Origin: Octopus vulgaris
Taxonomy: Eukaryota
NCBI GenBank assembly: GCA_951406725.2
Contig: OX597820.1
Span: forward strand, 79,794,001-79,858,000
Direction: 5' to 3'
DNA length: 64,000 nt
This document shows positions 26,206 through 38,686 of this stretch, in pieces. How positions within the stretch are numbered: position 1 is the stretch's first letter; each line of letters opens with the position of its first letter. Below the pieces are notes generated by a model. That model was not told where the DNA came from, ran no database searches, and worked only from the letters and a program-made list of their open reading frames with translations. Both the position numbers and the translations under genes were made by a program.

Positions 26206-26433
26206 TTATGCGCGTATATATATAGTGTTCTGTTAATTGACGGGATTAGCAAAAAACACTAATCCATCCAGCGAGAGATATCTAATATACACAGGATTTA
26301 AAACTGAGCTAATATAAGTTTCATGGTAGTGATAGTATTATAGTCAGGTGATCTTATATTGCATGCCGTGCACTATCGGGTGACGTCTCCATATAAAACA
26401 TTGCTCAATGTATCTATGTATCTATGTTTATAT

Positions 26434-26492
<59 letters not shown>

Positions 26493-26838
26493 AAGCAAAC
26501 TAGCTAGTTAGGAAAATCTCTATAAGAAAAGGAAGCAAGAACTGACACAGCTATTTTAACCTCAGAGACACACCTTCGCCAGCTGGTCATTCAATGCACT
26601 CTACACTCGATATATATTGCAAGCAGGGAGAGAACTTCCTACTATTTTAGCCCCAAGGCCATCAGACCGCACGCTTTCGGCCTCTTTATGATCATCTCCA
26701 GTGATGGATACTTGTCCGCTAGACATAGCAGTAGCCCACTCCAGCTCGCAATATATAGAAAATAAGTGACAACCAGTCACTGATCTTGCGATAAGCAATC
26801 TAGTTAGTTAGGAACATCTCTAGAAGAGATGAAAACAG
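26493..26838 (-). mobile_element. 300-bp unit with ~45-bp terminal redundancy and a degenerate HHR (26659-26707)
   Basis: AAGCAAnCTAGyTAGTTAGGAAnATCTCTA at 26493 and 26793. Minus strand reads CCATCA-CTGGAGA-..GGCC-GAAA-GCGTGCGG-TC-TGATGG. Confidence 0.6.
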
Positions 26839-27430
26839 TATTTATACTGGAAAGGAGTGTTTAACGCCACCTAAGCACGGGTGTGTTTTAGGGACGGACG
26901 ATACTGCCGTTTTAACCCCAAGAGGAACACCTGTGTTTAGATGGCGTTAAATACTACTTCTTTACTTTTCATTGTTCAGGAGTAAAAAAATAAGTACCAG
27001 TTTAGTACTGGGATCGATAAAATCATAGTGTTGGCTTTGTACCAATATTGGAAAGAATTATAAAGAATTATGTGGATGTTGAAAATATCCACGGCAAAAT
27101 GAATTGAAAATACTACTTTAAAGGATTAAAAGAGAGAGATATTAGGCGGGAGAAAGGTCAGCAGTAATATCGGCGAGGCTAACATCTGCCAATAAAGATT
27201 GCTATTAATATTATATAAATATATTTACAATCGATAATATCAAGAAAAGAAAGATGGCACCGAAGAAAATCAGGTACGAGTGAATACGGAATAAATACAT
27301 AGAAATACACACACACACACACACGTACACACGTACACACGTATGCACACACACACGTGTGTGTGACGTACATAAACTAACATTTATACATTCACACATA
27401 TAAGCACACACGTACATACATACACCCCCT

Positions 27431-27472
<42 letters not shown>

Positions 27473-27574
27473 ACACACACACATATATATATATAAATTT
27501 GTGGCATTATTTATTCCCCATTAGCTAACAGGACCTACAAAGGCGTACGGCTTGGCTTATAACCCCATCTACAC

Positions 27575-27608
<34 letters not shown>

Positions 27609-27679
27609 CATCTCTCTATCTGTCTGTCAGTCTGTCTGTCTGCCTGCCTGCTTGTCTGTCTGTCTGTTGGTTTCTCTCT

Positions 27680-27768
<89 letters not shown>

Positions 27769-27959
27769 TTTTCTAATGTCTTTTTCTTCATACTTTACTT
27801 TTGAATTGTCTTGTATAAATTCGTGTAGGTATGAATGTTTGTATAGAAATAATCAGTATATGAATTAAGTTATTAAAAGAAGTTCAACAAATTCATACAT
27901 ATTTATGTAATGGAGGAGATTAGATAATAAAATGGATTATAGTTTTGATTTTTCATTTT

Positions 27960-28042
27960 GCTATACAATTGTTTCGTACAAAAAGTCTCAAATATTCATA
28001 AATAGACAATCGTAATAGTCCATATTGGTACTCGTCAGTAAC
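27960..28042 (-). ncRNA. Type-I hammerhead with ~50-nt helix II insertion
   Basis: GTTA-CTGACGA-GTAC...GTAC-GAAA-CAATTG-TA-TAGC; intact core, palindromic helix III, GUA site. Confidence 0.72.
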
Positions 28043-28795
28043 TGATATAAAAATTAAAAAAGACCTTTGAATTACATAGATTTTCTCTTAGGTATCATGT
28101 TGGGATCAGTATAATCATTCTTGGAACCATGTCTATTTGAATCAAGACGAAAAAATATATTAAGTGAGTGCTGATATATGCAATATCAAAAACTGACATT
28201 CTCTCTATGAAATCCAATATGTGTCTCTGTTTAAAACTCCTTAAATGAATTTTATTACTGTTCAATCTGTATTTGTGTGTGCGTTGAGAAATACCAAATA
28301 AGAAGGTAAATGTATTTTCAAGTACATATTTAGTTTTTACTTAACCGTAAATTCTCCTTTCGACTTAAGGTATCTTTTTAGAAAGTTGGCGGTTAGTACT
28401 AGTATTAAAGAATAATTTCTGTTTTATAAAAATTTATAATTTAAGTATTTATTGTAAATAATAAATCTAATGTTCATAGACAAAAATAAGTGTTATATGT
28501 CGTAATTATCTAGCCACAGCTTGATATATTTTTAAGAGTATTTAGAAATAACTATTATACGAGTAAAAAGGTCTTAAAAAGGGGGACTATTTATGTTATA
28601 AACTGATATATAATCACATATAGAGCCATTTAGTATATAAAAAGGTTTTTTTTCGTTATTGTGTGTCGAAATAGTTGTTTTTATAATAGTTGTGCATCTT
28701 ATTTTGTCGTTGAATGCTTGAAATGAGGAGTAGATAAACAGCCGATAACTGATGAAGGGTCCTTTCTCTGTGATACGTTGTCCTGTTTTCCACAA

Positions 28796-28855
<60 letters not shown>

Positions 28856-29121
28856 GTGTATATTATTGTTGAGTATGTTTACCTAGAAAGGAAAAACGAA
28901 CGAAAAGATGAGCTGGTGTAATTAATTTGTAGTAATGTAGGGGAGGCAATAATTAATATAATGGGATATTTTACGGATATAATACAGGCGTCCATAGATT
29001 TATATATACAAACGTAAATAGACTAACACACTGATATAGAAATATATATGCTCAAATTCTTTTATATATACATACCAATACACTTACACTTATGTGCATA
29101 CATACCCATAAAACCATATAT

Positions 29122-29162
<41 letters not shown>

Positions 29163-29206
29163 CACATGTATACATACCTACACGCATACATACAAACGTA
29201 CATACA

Positions 29207-29284
<78 letters not shown>

Positions 29285-29374
29285 TATACATACACACATG
29301 CATACATGCATATACAAATACATCCATACACATGCATGTACATTCCTGAATACACATCTCTCTCTCTCTCTCTC

Positions 29375-29431
<57 letters not shown>

Positions 29432-29889
29432 TGATATATATTACTTTTCCGTAATAGATAGGATCAACTCTATCCAGTGAGTGATAAATATTTCAAATAC
29501 ACAGCATTTAAATACGAGCTGCTAATAGTTTTATGCTGTGGAAACAATTATTCGGCAGATTCATATACCATTCTTTATGTCTCCAAGCAATCACTCAGGT
29601 TTGAACACACAACATGGCTACTCTTATTTGAAAATCCGACAAAGGACGCTGATCTATGTGAAAACACAACGAGAACAAAAAAGAGAAATAAAAACAGAAA
29701 AAGAAAGAAAACTAAGCATGCATCTCCTTTGTCTGTCGAAGTCATAATTAATGTAGCAAATTTAGAACAACTCAACGGAGAGGATCCAAAGTCTGTGAGA
29801 CAGCATGCTCAATCTGGAGGAAAGGTACTCCTCAGTTTGATAAAAGAAATTTGTTTCTGTGGAGACTGAACAAGACGACGGTAATGATG

Positions 29890-30290
29890 GAACTAGAGGA
29901 AAACAAGACGATGGTCATGAGTTGCAAAGAAGAGCAGTTTGAAGAAGGAAGTTGTTAGAGTAAAATGCCTTATGGCAGAGAAATGATGCATGTAGGAAGA
30001 GATGTGGGTAAGAGGAGGTATTACAGCAGGAAGTTCATGGAAGCAACGACCATGGTAATATTTATAGAAAGGACACAACAAAAGTACATTTCAATGATGA
30101 GTCAATGGCTCCAAACAAGTTGAAAGAAGAGGATCCATTATAATAGCAAGTCGATTCTGAATTCGATTAAACAAGATTCTCAGAGGCGGCACCATGCAAA
30201 GTCGAATGGTGATGCCATAGAGATACATGATATTCTCAGGTGAAAGAAATATGTGAGATCTCATATTATATGAACGTGTTCGAACTGTTC
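29890..30290 (-). pseudogene. CR1/Jockey-group LINE RT C-terminal relic
   Basis: Minus strand LLNRIQNR..IMDPLLSTCLEPL..LCPFYKYYHGRCFHELPAVIPP resembles the LFYRYY.G.CS.EL motif. Confidence 0.6.
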
Positions 30291-33200
30291 CAATGATGTC
30301 GCAAAAAACGATAACGTATAGGAGTACATTTTACAAATTCCATTTGATTAACACCGGGAGATATTTTTATAATCTGCGTAAAAATACATAAAGTAACCTA
30401 ATGAACGCCCAATACCGCCATGTTCCCAACTGAATAAAACAACAAAGTGAAATAAAATATATTGGTTCGAATTCCAATATTTGTATTCAACTTGGGAATT
30501 AAAGAATTTTGTTCCTTTAAATATGAATTTGGAAGCTTTTATAGGTTCAGTCAAAAAAAATTCTTTTAACATTTTAATATCAAAGGTCGACAGAAGTGGA
30601 GACGTTAAGCTGTCAAAGTAAATGCCCTGCAGTACTTAGGAGTCTTTAACGAACCTCAGACAGTTAAAAGTATTCCCTCCTGACAAGCGTTTCTTTTACA
30701 GAAATTGATCTGTAAATATTCAGGATGGCTATCAACTGCATTAATCTAACCAGCCTGAGAGTGTTTGAAAAGTACATAGGCTCATACCCTCCTCCTCTGA
30801 CGCATTTATTAAAGCAAAATTCTTTCTCTATGTTTTGTTCAAATCCTGCTGACCTTTCAATCTTATGAGAGTTTATAAAATAAGGACAAGTTATGTACTT
30901 GATTCGATACTAGTCACTTACACGACACATTCGTGGTCTTGTTCCAAAGATAGGGGTTAATATTTGATTAGTAAATAATGGAGTGAGCTGGTAGAATCAT
31001 CGTTAGCACGACCAGCAAAATGCTTAGCAGTGTTTTGTCCGTCTTTACATTCTGAGTTCAAATTCCGTCAAGGTTCACTTCGCCTACAATTCTTTTCGAG
31101 TCGATGAATTAAATACCAGTTGTCTTACCAGTTTCCCCGAAATTGCTGGCCTTGTAACAAAATTTGAAATCAATATTTGATTAGTAAGAAAGATGTTTTT
31201 AGTTGATTGAGTTTCTTGAACAAAATCTCTGCGTGCAGATAATGAAGTTAGGAGATATCAAAACGGAAAAGCCGCATTTAAAGAAACTACGGTACACTAC
31301 ATCGATTACGACGACGAGGCTTCCAGTTGATTCGATCAACGGAACAGCCGGCTCATGAAATTAACGTGAAAGTGGCTCAGCACTCCACAAACACGTGTAC
31401 CCATAACGTAGTTCTCGGGGAGATTCAGCGTGACACAGAGTGTGACAAGGCTGGGCCCTTTGAAATACAGGTACAACAGAAACTGGAAGAAAGAATGAGA
31501 GAAAGTTGTGGTGAAAGAGTATAGCAGGATTCGTCACCAGCCCCTGCTGGAGCCTTGTGGAGCTTTAGGTGTTTTCGCTCAATAAACCCTCACAACATCC
31601 GGTTTGGGAATCGAAACCGCGATCCTAAGACCGCAAAGTTCGCTGCCCTAACCACTGGGCCATTGAAACTAGTGACTGTATCAGTAAGTAGTGAATACAA
31701 AAGCTTGCAAAGTGAAATAAATTATTTTGTTGTTCGTCGTTGAGAGATAAAAACTGGTAAACCTTTACTCTCACATCGACAAAGATTTCTGCTCACAACA
31801 CTGAATTTCTGTCCTTCCTCACAACTCCTAGAAATAGCAGCCAAAACCTCTCTCAAACCACACGAATATCTTGGAAAAAGACGGACACGTTAGACAATGT
31901 AGTTAGTTATGTCTTTTATCTTTTATGTTTTACTTGTTTCAGTCATTAGACTGCGGCCACGCTGGGGCACCACCTCGAAGAATTTTAATCGAACCACAGT
32001 TCTTATATTTTTTTAAAGCCTGGTACTTACTCTATCGGTGTTTTTTCCCGAACCGTTAAGTTACGGGAACACAAAGACATCAACACCGGTTGTCAAGCGG
32101 TGTGGGGAGGGATAAACACAGACGAAAAGACACACAAACGTATATATATATATATATATACGATGGGCTTCTTTCAGTTTCCGTCTACCAAATCCACTCA
32201 CAAGGCTTTGGTTGGCCGAAGCTATAGTAGAAAACGCTTGCCCAAGGTGCCACACAGTGGGACTAAACCCGAAACCATGTTTTTGGGAAGCAAACTTCTT
32301 GCCACACAGCTACACCCGCGCCTATAGCTATATACAAAAATACAAGGCGGCGAGCTGGCAGAAACGTTAGCACGCCGGGTGAAATGCGTAGCCGTATTTC
32401 GTCTGTCGTTACGTTCCGAGTTCAAATTCCGCCGAGGTCAAATTTGCCTTTCATCCTTTCGGGGTCGATAAATTAAGTACCAGTTATGCACTGGGGTCGA
32501 TGTATTCGACTTAATCTCTTTGTCTGTCCTTGTTTGTCGCCTCTATGTTTAGCCAGCCCCTTGTGGGTAGTAAAGAAATATATATACAAAAATACGGGAT
32601 GTTGAAGGAAAGAGGAGAAAACGATAAGGGAAGTAAAGGGAGTTAATAATATAAGAGAGAAAGAGAAAGAGAGAGAGAGAAAGACAGAGAGAGAAAGACA
32701 GAGAGAAAGAGAGTGAGAGGCAGTAAGAGAAGCTTACTGCGTAGGATGCTTTTGATCATAAATCTGTTCAATCAGGCTTGTCATGAGGCAAAACAGCAAC
32801 AACAACAACAACAACAACAACAATTAGGAACAACAGCAGCAGCAACGGAAGCATCATCAACATGAAGATTGACCAAAGCAACCAAAGCACTGGTTACAGC
32901 TAAAGTTAGGGTCGTTGATTTATTTTACCCGTCTCCTATGAATTCTATTTTTTTCAAAAGACTGAAGCTTTAAGAAAATTGAAAAAAGAATCAACAATTT
33001 TAGAGACGTAAAATCATAATGAAAAAAAAAAAAAATAGCTGAAAATCTGTAGACAAGAGAAATATGTTAGGGAAAAAAAAATGACTACATTTTGTAGGGA
33101 AATAATAGAATCAAATTTGAAAACCATACTTATGCCGTCTAAGGAATTTCATTCTTATTTGTAAATATATATATATAGAAAATAAGAATTGTTCTCTATA

Positions 33201-33658
33201 GAAACAGATTCAGATTCGCAGAAGTTATTGAGTCAAGGATAAAAAAAAAAAAAAAAAAACTCCAACATCGTCATTGAGAAGGAAGATCGTAAACAAGAGT
33301 TGAGCCTAAAAAGTCTTTATTGTGTTCGGAAGCCGCATACGTCCTATTAGAAGTCAACTATGAATTGGTTTCATATTTCTTAGAAGGAAATATATTTATT
33401 TATTCGTTTAACGGCGTATTTCTATTTTCATATTCATCGAAATCCTCATTTATATTCTGAATCATTCAAGTGATTTTGTTTGCAGAAATACCGAAGATAA
33501 ATTGATAATATATCCATTACATTCTTCATTACTTCTTATATACTACAAATCCTTGTTATTTAAGAAATATCTTTTTATTGTTGCCCCTCGCTGTGTAGAA
33601 TAATTATATAACATACTGATTATTATTTTCTTAATTAAAATTATTATTATTTTGGTTA

Positions 33659-34731
33659 AAGAAAAGAACTTTATAGTCTGTTCTTAAAAATAGCACCTCT
33701 GAAAAGAAAACAAAAAATATCAGCTAATTATACGATGTTATATAAAATGTTTGAATGCGTATATTTGTGTTGTTCGTGAGAGGAATAAAGACTTCTTTTC
33801 ACAGCGTTCGAAGGCCAATGTTAGTAGTAGCAGCGGTGGTGCGGAATTCCGTGATTTCACCGTAAATATTTCCGAGAGATGTAAGCACAGTAACAGTTAA
33901 GTGAAATACCTTCACCTCTTCAGAAGGTTATGGTGTTGTTTAGTTTTAGACCCGTCTTGAATAAACAGACCTATAACCAAAGGCTTTTCCCGTCGTCAAA
34001 ACGCTGTCTTAATATAAGTCTATAGGAATATTTACGTTGTGTCCTTTCCTAAAGGCGATGAGCTGTCATAATCGTTACCGTTCTGGGAAAATATTTAACG
34101 GCATGTCTTTCGACTTTACGTTCCAAGGGGTCGACTTTGCTTTTCATCCATTCGGGGTCGATAAAATAAGTACCAGTTGAGCACTGGGGCTTGTTTACTC
34201 AAGGTTGATCTAAAACTAAACAGCAACAACATAAGCTTTTGTTGAGGTGAAAGTATTTCACTCAACTTTTACCTATTTTTTTTACTACCCACAAGGGGCT
34301 AAACACAGAGGGGACAAACAAGGACAGACAAACGGATTAAGTCAATTGCACCGACCCAGTGCGTTACTGGTACTTAATTTATCAACCCCGAAAGGATGAA
34401 ATGCAAAGTCGACCGCGGCAGAATTTGAACTCAGAACGCAGCGGCAGACGAAATACCGCTAAGCATTTCGCCCGGCGTGCTAACTATTCTGCCAGCTAAC
34501 TTTTACTGTGCTCACATCACTTGAAAATATTTAAGTTGAAATCACGGAATTGCACACCACCACTGCCACCACTATCATTGGCCTTCGAATGCTGTGAAAA
34601 TAAGTCTTTATTTCTCTCACGAACAACATAAACATACACAATCAAACGGTTTATATAACATCGTATAATTAGCTGATAATTTTTTTTTTCAGAGGTGCTA
34701 TTTTAAGAACAGATTATAAAAACCTCTTCTT
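33659..34731. repeat. Diverged ~310-bp inverted duplication (33659-33968 vs 34190-34731, the latter split by a SINE)
   Basis: For example, ATCAGCTAATTATACGATGTTATATAAA has its reverse complement at ~34650-34677. Confidence 0.85.
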
Positions 34732-35097
34732 GTGTCAAAATTTGAAACCAATGTGTCCTTTCCTTATTTCAAGACTGTATGACTGATTTAAAGTAGTTTG
34801 GCCGCTTTTTACATCAGGTCGAATAACCATTTAAAAGGATTCCTCACTTGATTTTTTGCTGCTCTTGTCACTGAAGCCAGTTGACTGGTTTTTAGGTGTC
34901 ATATCACTTTCCTTTCTCTAGTATTTGCTACGCCATCTTTTTGTGCCTTGAGGTTTAGACGAGTAATGTTTGACCCATCTCGTCTCTTCGCAGAGTTGAC
35001 GGCTTTTATTCATCTTTGATGAGAAATGAGGGAAAAGTAAACCAGTAGCGTAGTTGGGGAGCGAGACTGCGGCCCGCCTGCAGGTGAGGCTTTTACA

Positions 35098-36140
35098 GAT
35101 CTTTTCTGTTGCTGTTACAGTTTTCGAAATTACAAAATTAAGTGAACGCTTTCAAATACGGTATATTGATGTAGTTTTTCACGTTGAATCTGATTTTGTC
35201 ATACACTTGTTCCGGAAGAATTTTAGAAAAATGTTACAGAGGTTTAAAGCTTGATAATTTTTATCCAATCAGAAAACAGGTTTTGGAAGCTGGCATTTTC
35301 TGCGTCATAGACATCTATCACAACATTATCGTCGACAAGTTTTTATTAAACAAAATGAAAGCAATATATTACGACAACGAAAATTATAAAAGGCCTTGAA
35401 GTTTTAATAAGTTGAAATGAATAAAGGCTCGTGAAACGTTGAAACAGGCAATATAAAAAAGAAAAATCCTTAATGAAATCTTTTTGCGAAAAATTACAAA
35501 AAGACAATTAAACTACGTTAAATTACCCCCCCCCACCTAAAAACACCATGTAAGTTATACTACCATAGTTTAGTTCATGTAAATAATACATTTTAATAGC
35601 GAAAATTCAAAGAGTTAAGCTTGAGATACACTAAGGTTAGAGTTAGTATTTAGGGTTGGAGTTTTGGAACAGAATTAGGGTTTAGGGTTGAGTTTTAGGG
35701 TTAGAATTAGGGTTTAGGGTTAGAGATAGTCTTTAGGGTTGAGGTTTAGGGATAGAATTAAGATTTAGGATAGTGTTAGAGTTTAGAGTTGGCATTTAGG
35801 GTCAGACCGGCCATTATGATTTGAGGTTAATAAATTAGTGACATATTCTTAGTGAATATTTTTCTAAAATCTCCCCGGAACAAGTGAATAGCAAAAATTA
35901 CATCAATATACCAAATTTGAAAATTTTCGCTTGATTTTAAAATTGCAAAAACTGTGACCGTAACAGAAAAGACTCATAGGGTTTTCTGTCTGATAAAATA
36001 ATGCAAAGCTAACGTTCGAACAAGCATGTATACAATTTAAAAAGGAAAAATCTTCAGTGAAATTGTTTTGCAAAAAATTACCCCCCCCACCACCAAAAAC
36101 TATACATTAAATTATAGCCTTGGCTTGTTACTATGTAAAC
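35098..36140. mobile_element. Complex repeat with internal inverted/direct repeats and a degenerate TTAGGG tract (35630-35805)
   Basis: Inverted repeat ~35098-35235 / 35860-35975; direct repeat ~35440-35600 / 36020-36140; many TTAGGG/TTTAGGG variants. Confidence 0.55.
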
Positions 36141-36992
36141 AGGCACCAATGTGTTTGTGGCTAAAATTACCCAAAATTTGTAAACTTTAAAAGTTGTAAA
36201 CTTTAAATTTATTAATTTGTGGAAAAAATGAATTTCGTTTCCATAATAAGCATACAAAACTGCATTAGTACACCAAATTTGAAAATTATGGAAAAAGTTT
36301 AAGAAAAAAATTAAGGTTCATCCAGATATCGATTAGCACCGCCCTCATATGAGCCATTTCGCGCACAGAGAATGCTTCCCTTTCATCGCGAAGCAGAGAT
36401 ATCTTATTTTTTTTCAGTACCTGTTCCAATAAATAATTTCGGTAAAGCGACAGAATTCTTCATGGCACCATTCTATCACAATTCTTTCTTCGACAATGCT
36501 TTGTTCATGCTCAAAATTTCTGCCTCCAGTGTGAAATTTTTGCCCGTCAAGATAACTCTATGTGAGTGCCACAGTTCTTGATATTATTGTTGTTGTAGAT
36601 GCAACTGATACTGAGCTTGATGCTGCAATTGGTGTTGCAGGTGACACTGACAAGTGACTTCCTCAAACGTTTCTCACCATCATTATTTTTCTGAGCTCAT
36701 TGCTTTCATCGTTCACAATTCATTTGCTTTATTGTAAAGTAGGTTTGCTCATATTTTTCCGTAAAGTGTCTATGGAAATATTTTTCTAAAATTTTGAAGA
36801 AATGTTATCAAAATGTAATAATGTCCTTCGGTTTTACTCAAACGTGTTGTAAAATAATTAAATGAAATCTTATCTTTCCTTGTTAATAAGTTTAAGGAGA
36901 GAAGAACGAATAATAAACATCGAATTCCTTGGAAAGCTATAACGCATCCAAAGATAGAGCGATGACAAAAAAGCACACTCCGTTCACACCAA

Positions 36993-37048
<56 letters not shown>

Positions 37049-37302
37049 AACATCCTTAAACAACCCTTATTCAGGGACCTTTTGAGCAGGATGGGCTACT
37101 CGACTAGAAGAAAATTCTAACTGGGCCCCACCTGCAAGGTCATGTGCTGTTTATCTTGATATGAGATCACCATGTCGCGCACATATGGTTGTGATGCATG
37201 TGCCTGGTGTACCCTTATCAGACGGGTAGTTATGATGGGTATACTGGGCTTCATATATTTTACCTCAGTGTCACTTTAATGGCATGCACTGCTCTCTCAC
37301 TC

Positions 37303-37348
<46 letters not shown>

Positions 37349-37352
<4 letters not shown>

Positions 37353-37594
37353 TGATATGCGATAAGGAAGAAAGAAAAGTCGATAGATATGACAGGTTAG
37401 CTTGGGAGGTTAAGCAGTTGTGGTCTATGAAAAAGGTGGTAATAGTACCAGTAATTGTCGGAGCCCTGGGAATAGTGAGTAAAAATCTTGAGAAGTACGT
37501 TGAACAAATAGGGGCTGCAATAAGGGTGAGGCACTTGCAGAAAACAGCACTGCTTGGAACCGCTCGAATACTCCGGAAGATGATCGAAAAATAA
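37349..37594 (+). pseudogene. R4/Dong-like non-LTR element 3' end (RLE domain tail)
   Basis: KVDRYDRLAWEVKQLW..VVIVPVIVGALG..LQKTALLGTARILRK, starting directly in (AAT)n. A 560-bp-family 3' fragment lies upstream (37049-37302). Confidence 0.85.
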
Positions 37595-37759
37595 GGGGTG
37601 TTACCTTAGTTCACTGGTAGTGAACTAAGCCAGAATCATCAGCAAAGTAATAGATAACTGAAGAGGCGGATTGACCCATGGCCATAGATTTCTGTTCCTG
37701 ATGATGATTTGAAATTTTTGCTTATGCTCGAAGCAGCAGCTCGTAATGCGACATCACTG

Positions 37760-38400
37760 CTGTTGAAATAGCAGTCTCCGAGAGTTGCTGTTATTGTTGG
37801 CGCGGTTGCTTAGCACCTCTGCCTGTCTTTTTTCATTCAAGCTCCTTAGAAAAGAAACCTAGATGTCCCTTATTGTCACACGTATACCAGCTGGGATTGT
37901 TACCCTCTTTTGCCAATCTCACTGCTTTTGTCTTTATACTTATAGCAGGACATCTCAAGAATAGTTCTGTAATTTTCGGATGTCATTATGACTTGTATAT
38001 TCATACTGCACCCCTCCACATTATTTTTAATTATCTTTGTGCTCACCATCCGCTCATTTTGTGTTACAGGTAGAGGCCATTATTACTAACAATGTCCCTG
38101 GTTACGACTGTTATTTTCACTGACCCATTTATTATTGTATGAACATATATAGTTCCCATCGCTTTATACATCGGACAGAACATTCAAAATTTATCTTTGA
38201 GGGCACACACTGGACGTTCTTACAGTTTTCAAAGAGCAGCTGTATGGTACAGTTCTCCTTACTCGCTTTTGGATAAATTCTTTAGACAAGCAATCACAAT
38301 TTTGGTGACACACCATTTCCACATCCCCTTCTCTGATAAGATTGATGTCGTATTCAAAATATTGCCTCTGGCTATCAAATACAGCAAAACCTATTGTCGT
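37760..38400 (-). pseudogene. Possible Ty1/copia gag relic
   Basis: Minus strand INLIREGDVEMV, KAMGTIYV and a degenerate knuckle WYTCDNKGHLGFFS; heavily disrupted. Confidence 0.3.
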
Positions 38401-38538
38401 TCCTGTTAAAGTCAAAATATACGAGTGCTTTATGTTTTTGTTGATGTGTCTTTCCCAACGTTTCTCTCGAATTATCCACACTTCTGCCCTTCTCTATAGA
38501 AATGCTAGTATTTTATCTTTTAAAGTATGTTTGTGTAC

Positions 38539-38686
38539 AAGGCGGTGAGCTGGCAGAAATGTTAGCGCGCCGGGCGAAATGCTTAGTGGTATTTCGTCTG
38601 CCGTTTGAACTCAGAACGTAGCGGCAGACGAAATACGGTTACGCATTTCGCCCGACGTGCTAACGTTTCTGCCAGCTCACCGCCTT
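38539..38686. repeat. Hairpin made of two inverted family-A SINE heads
   Basis: AAGGCGGTGAGCTGGCAGAAA...TTTCTGCCAGCTCACCGCCTT, with ~65-bp arms. Confidence 0.85.

Noticed and set aside
36400-36752. piggyBac-like N-terminus on the minus strand
   Set aside because: Compositional resemblance only; no TIR/TTAA or catalytic motif seen.
37697-37715. CTGATGA...GAAA match
   Set aside because: No helix I, II or III pairing; chance motif.
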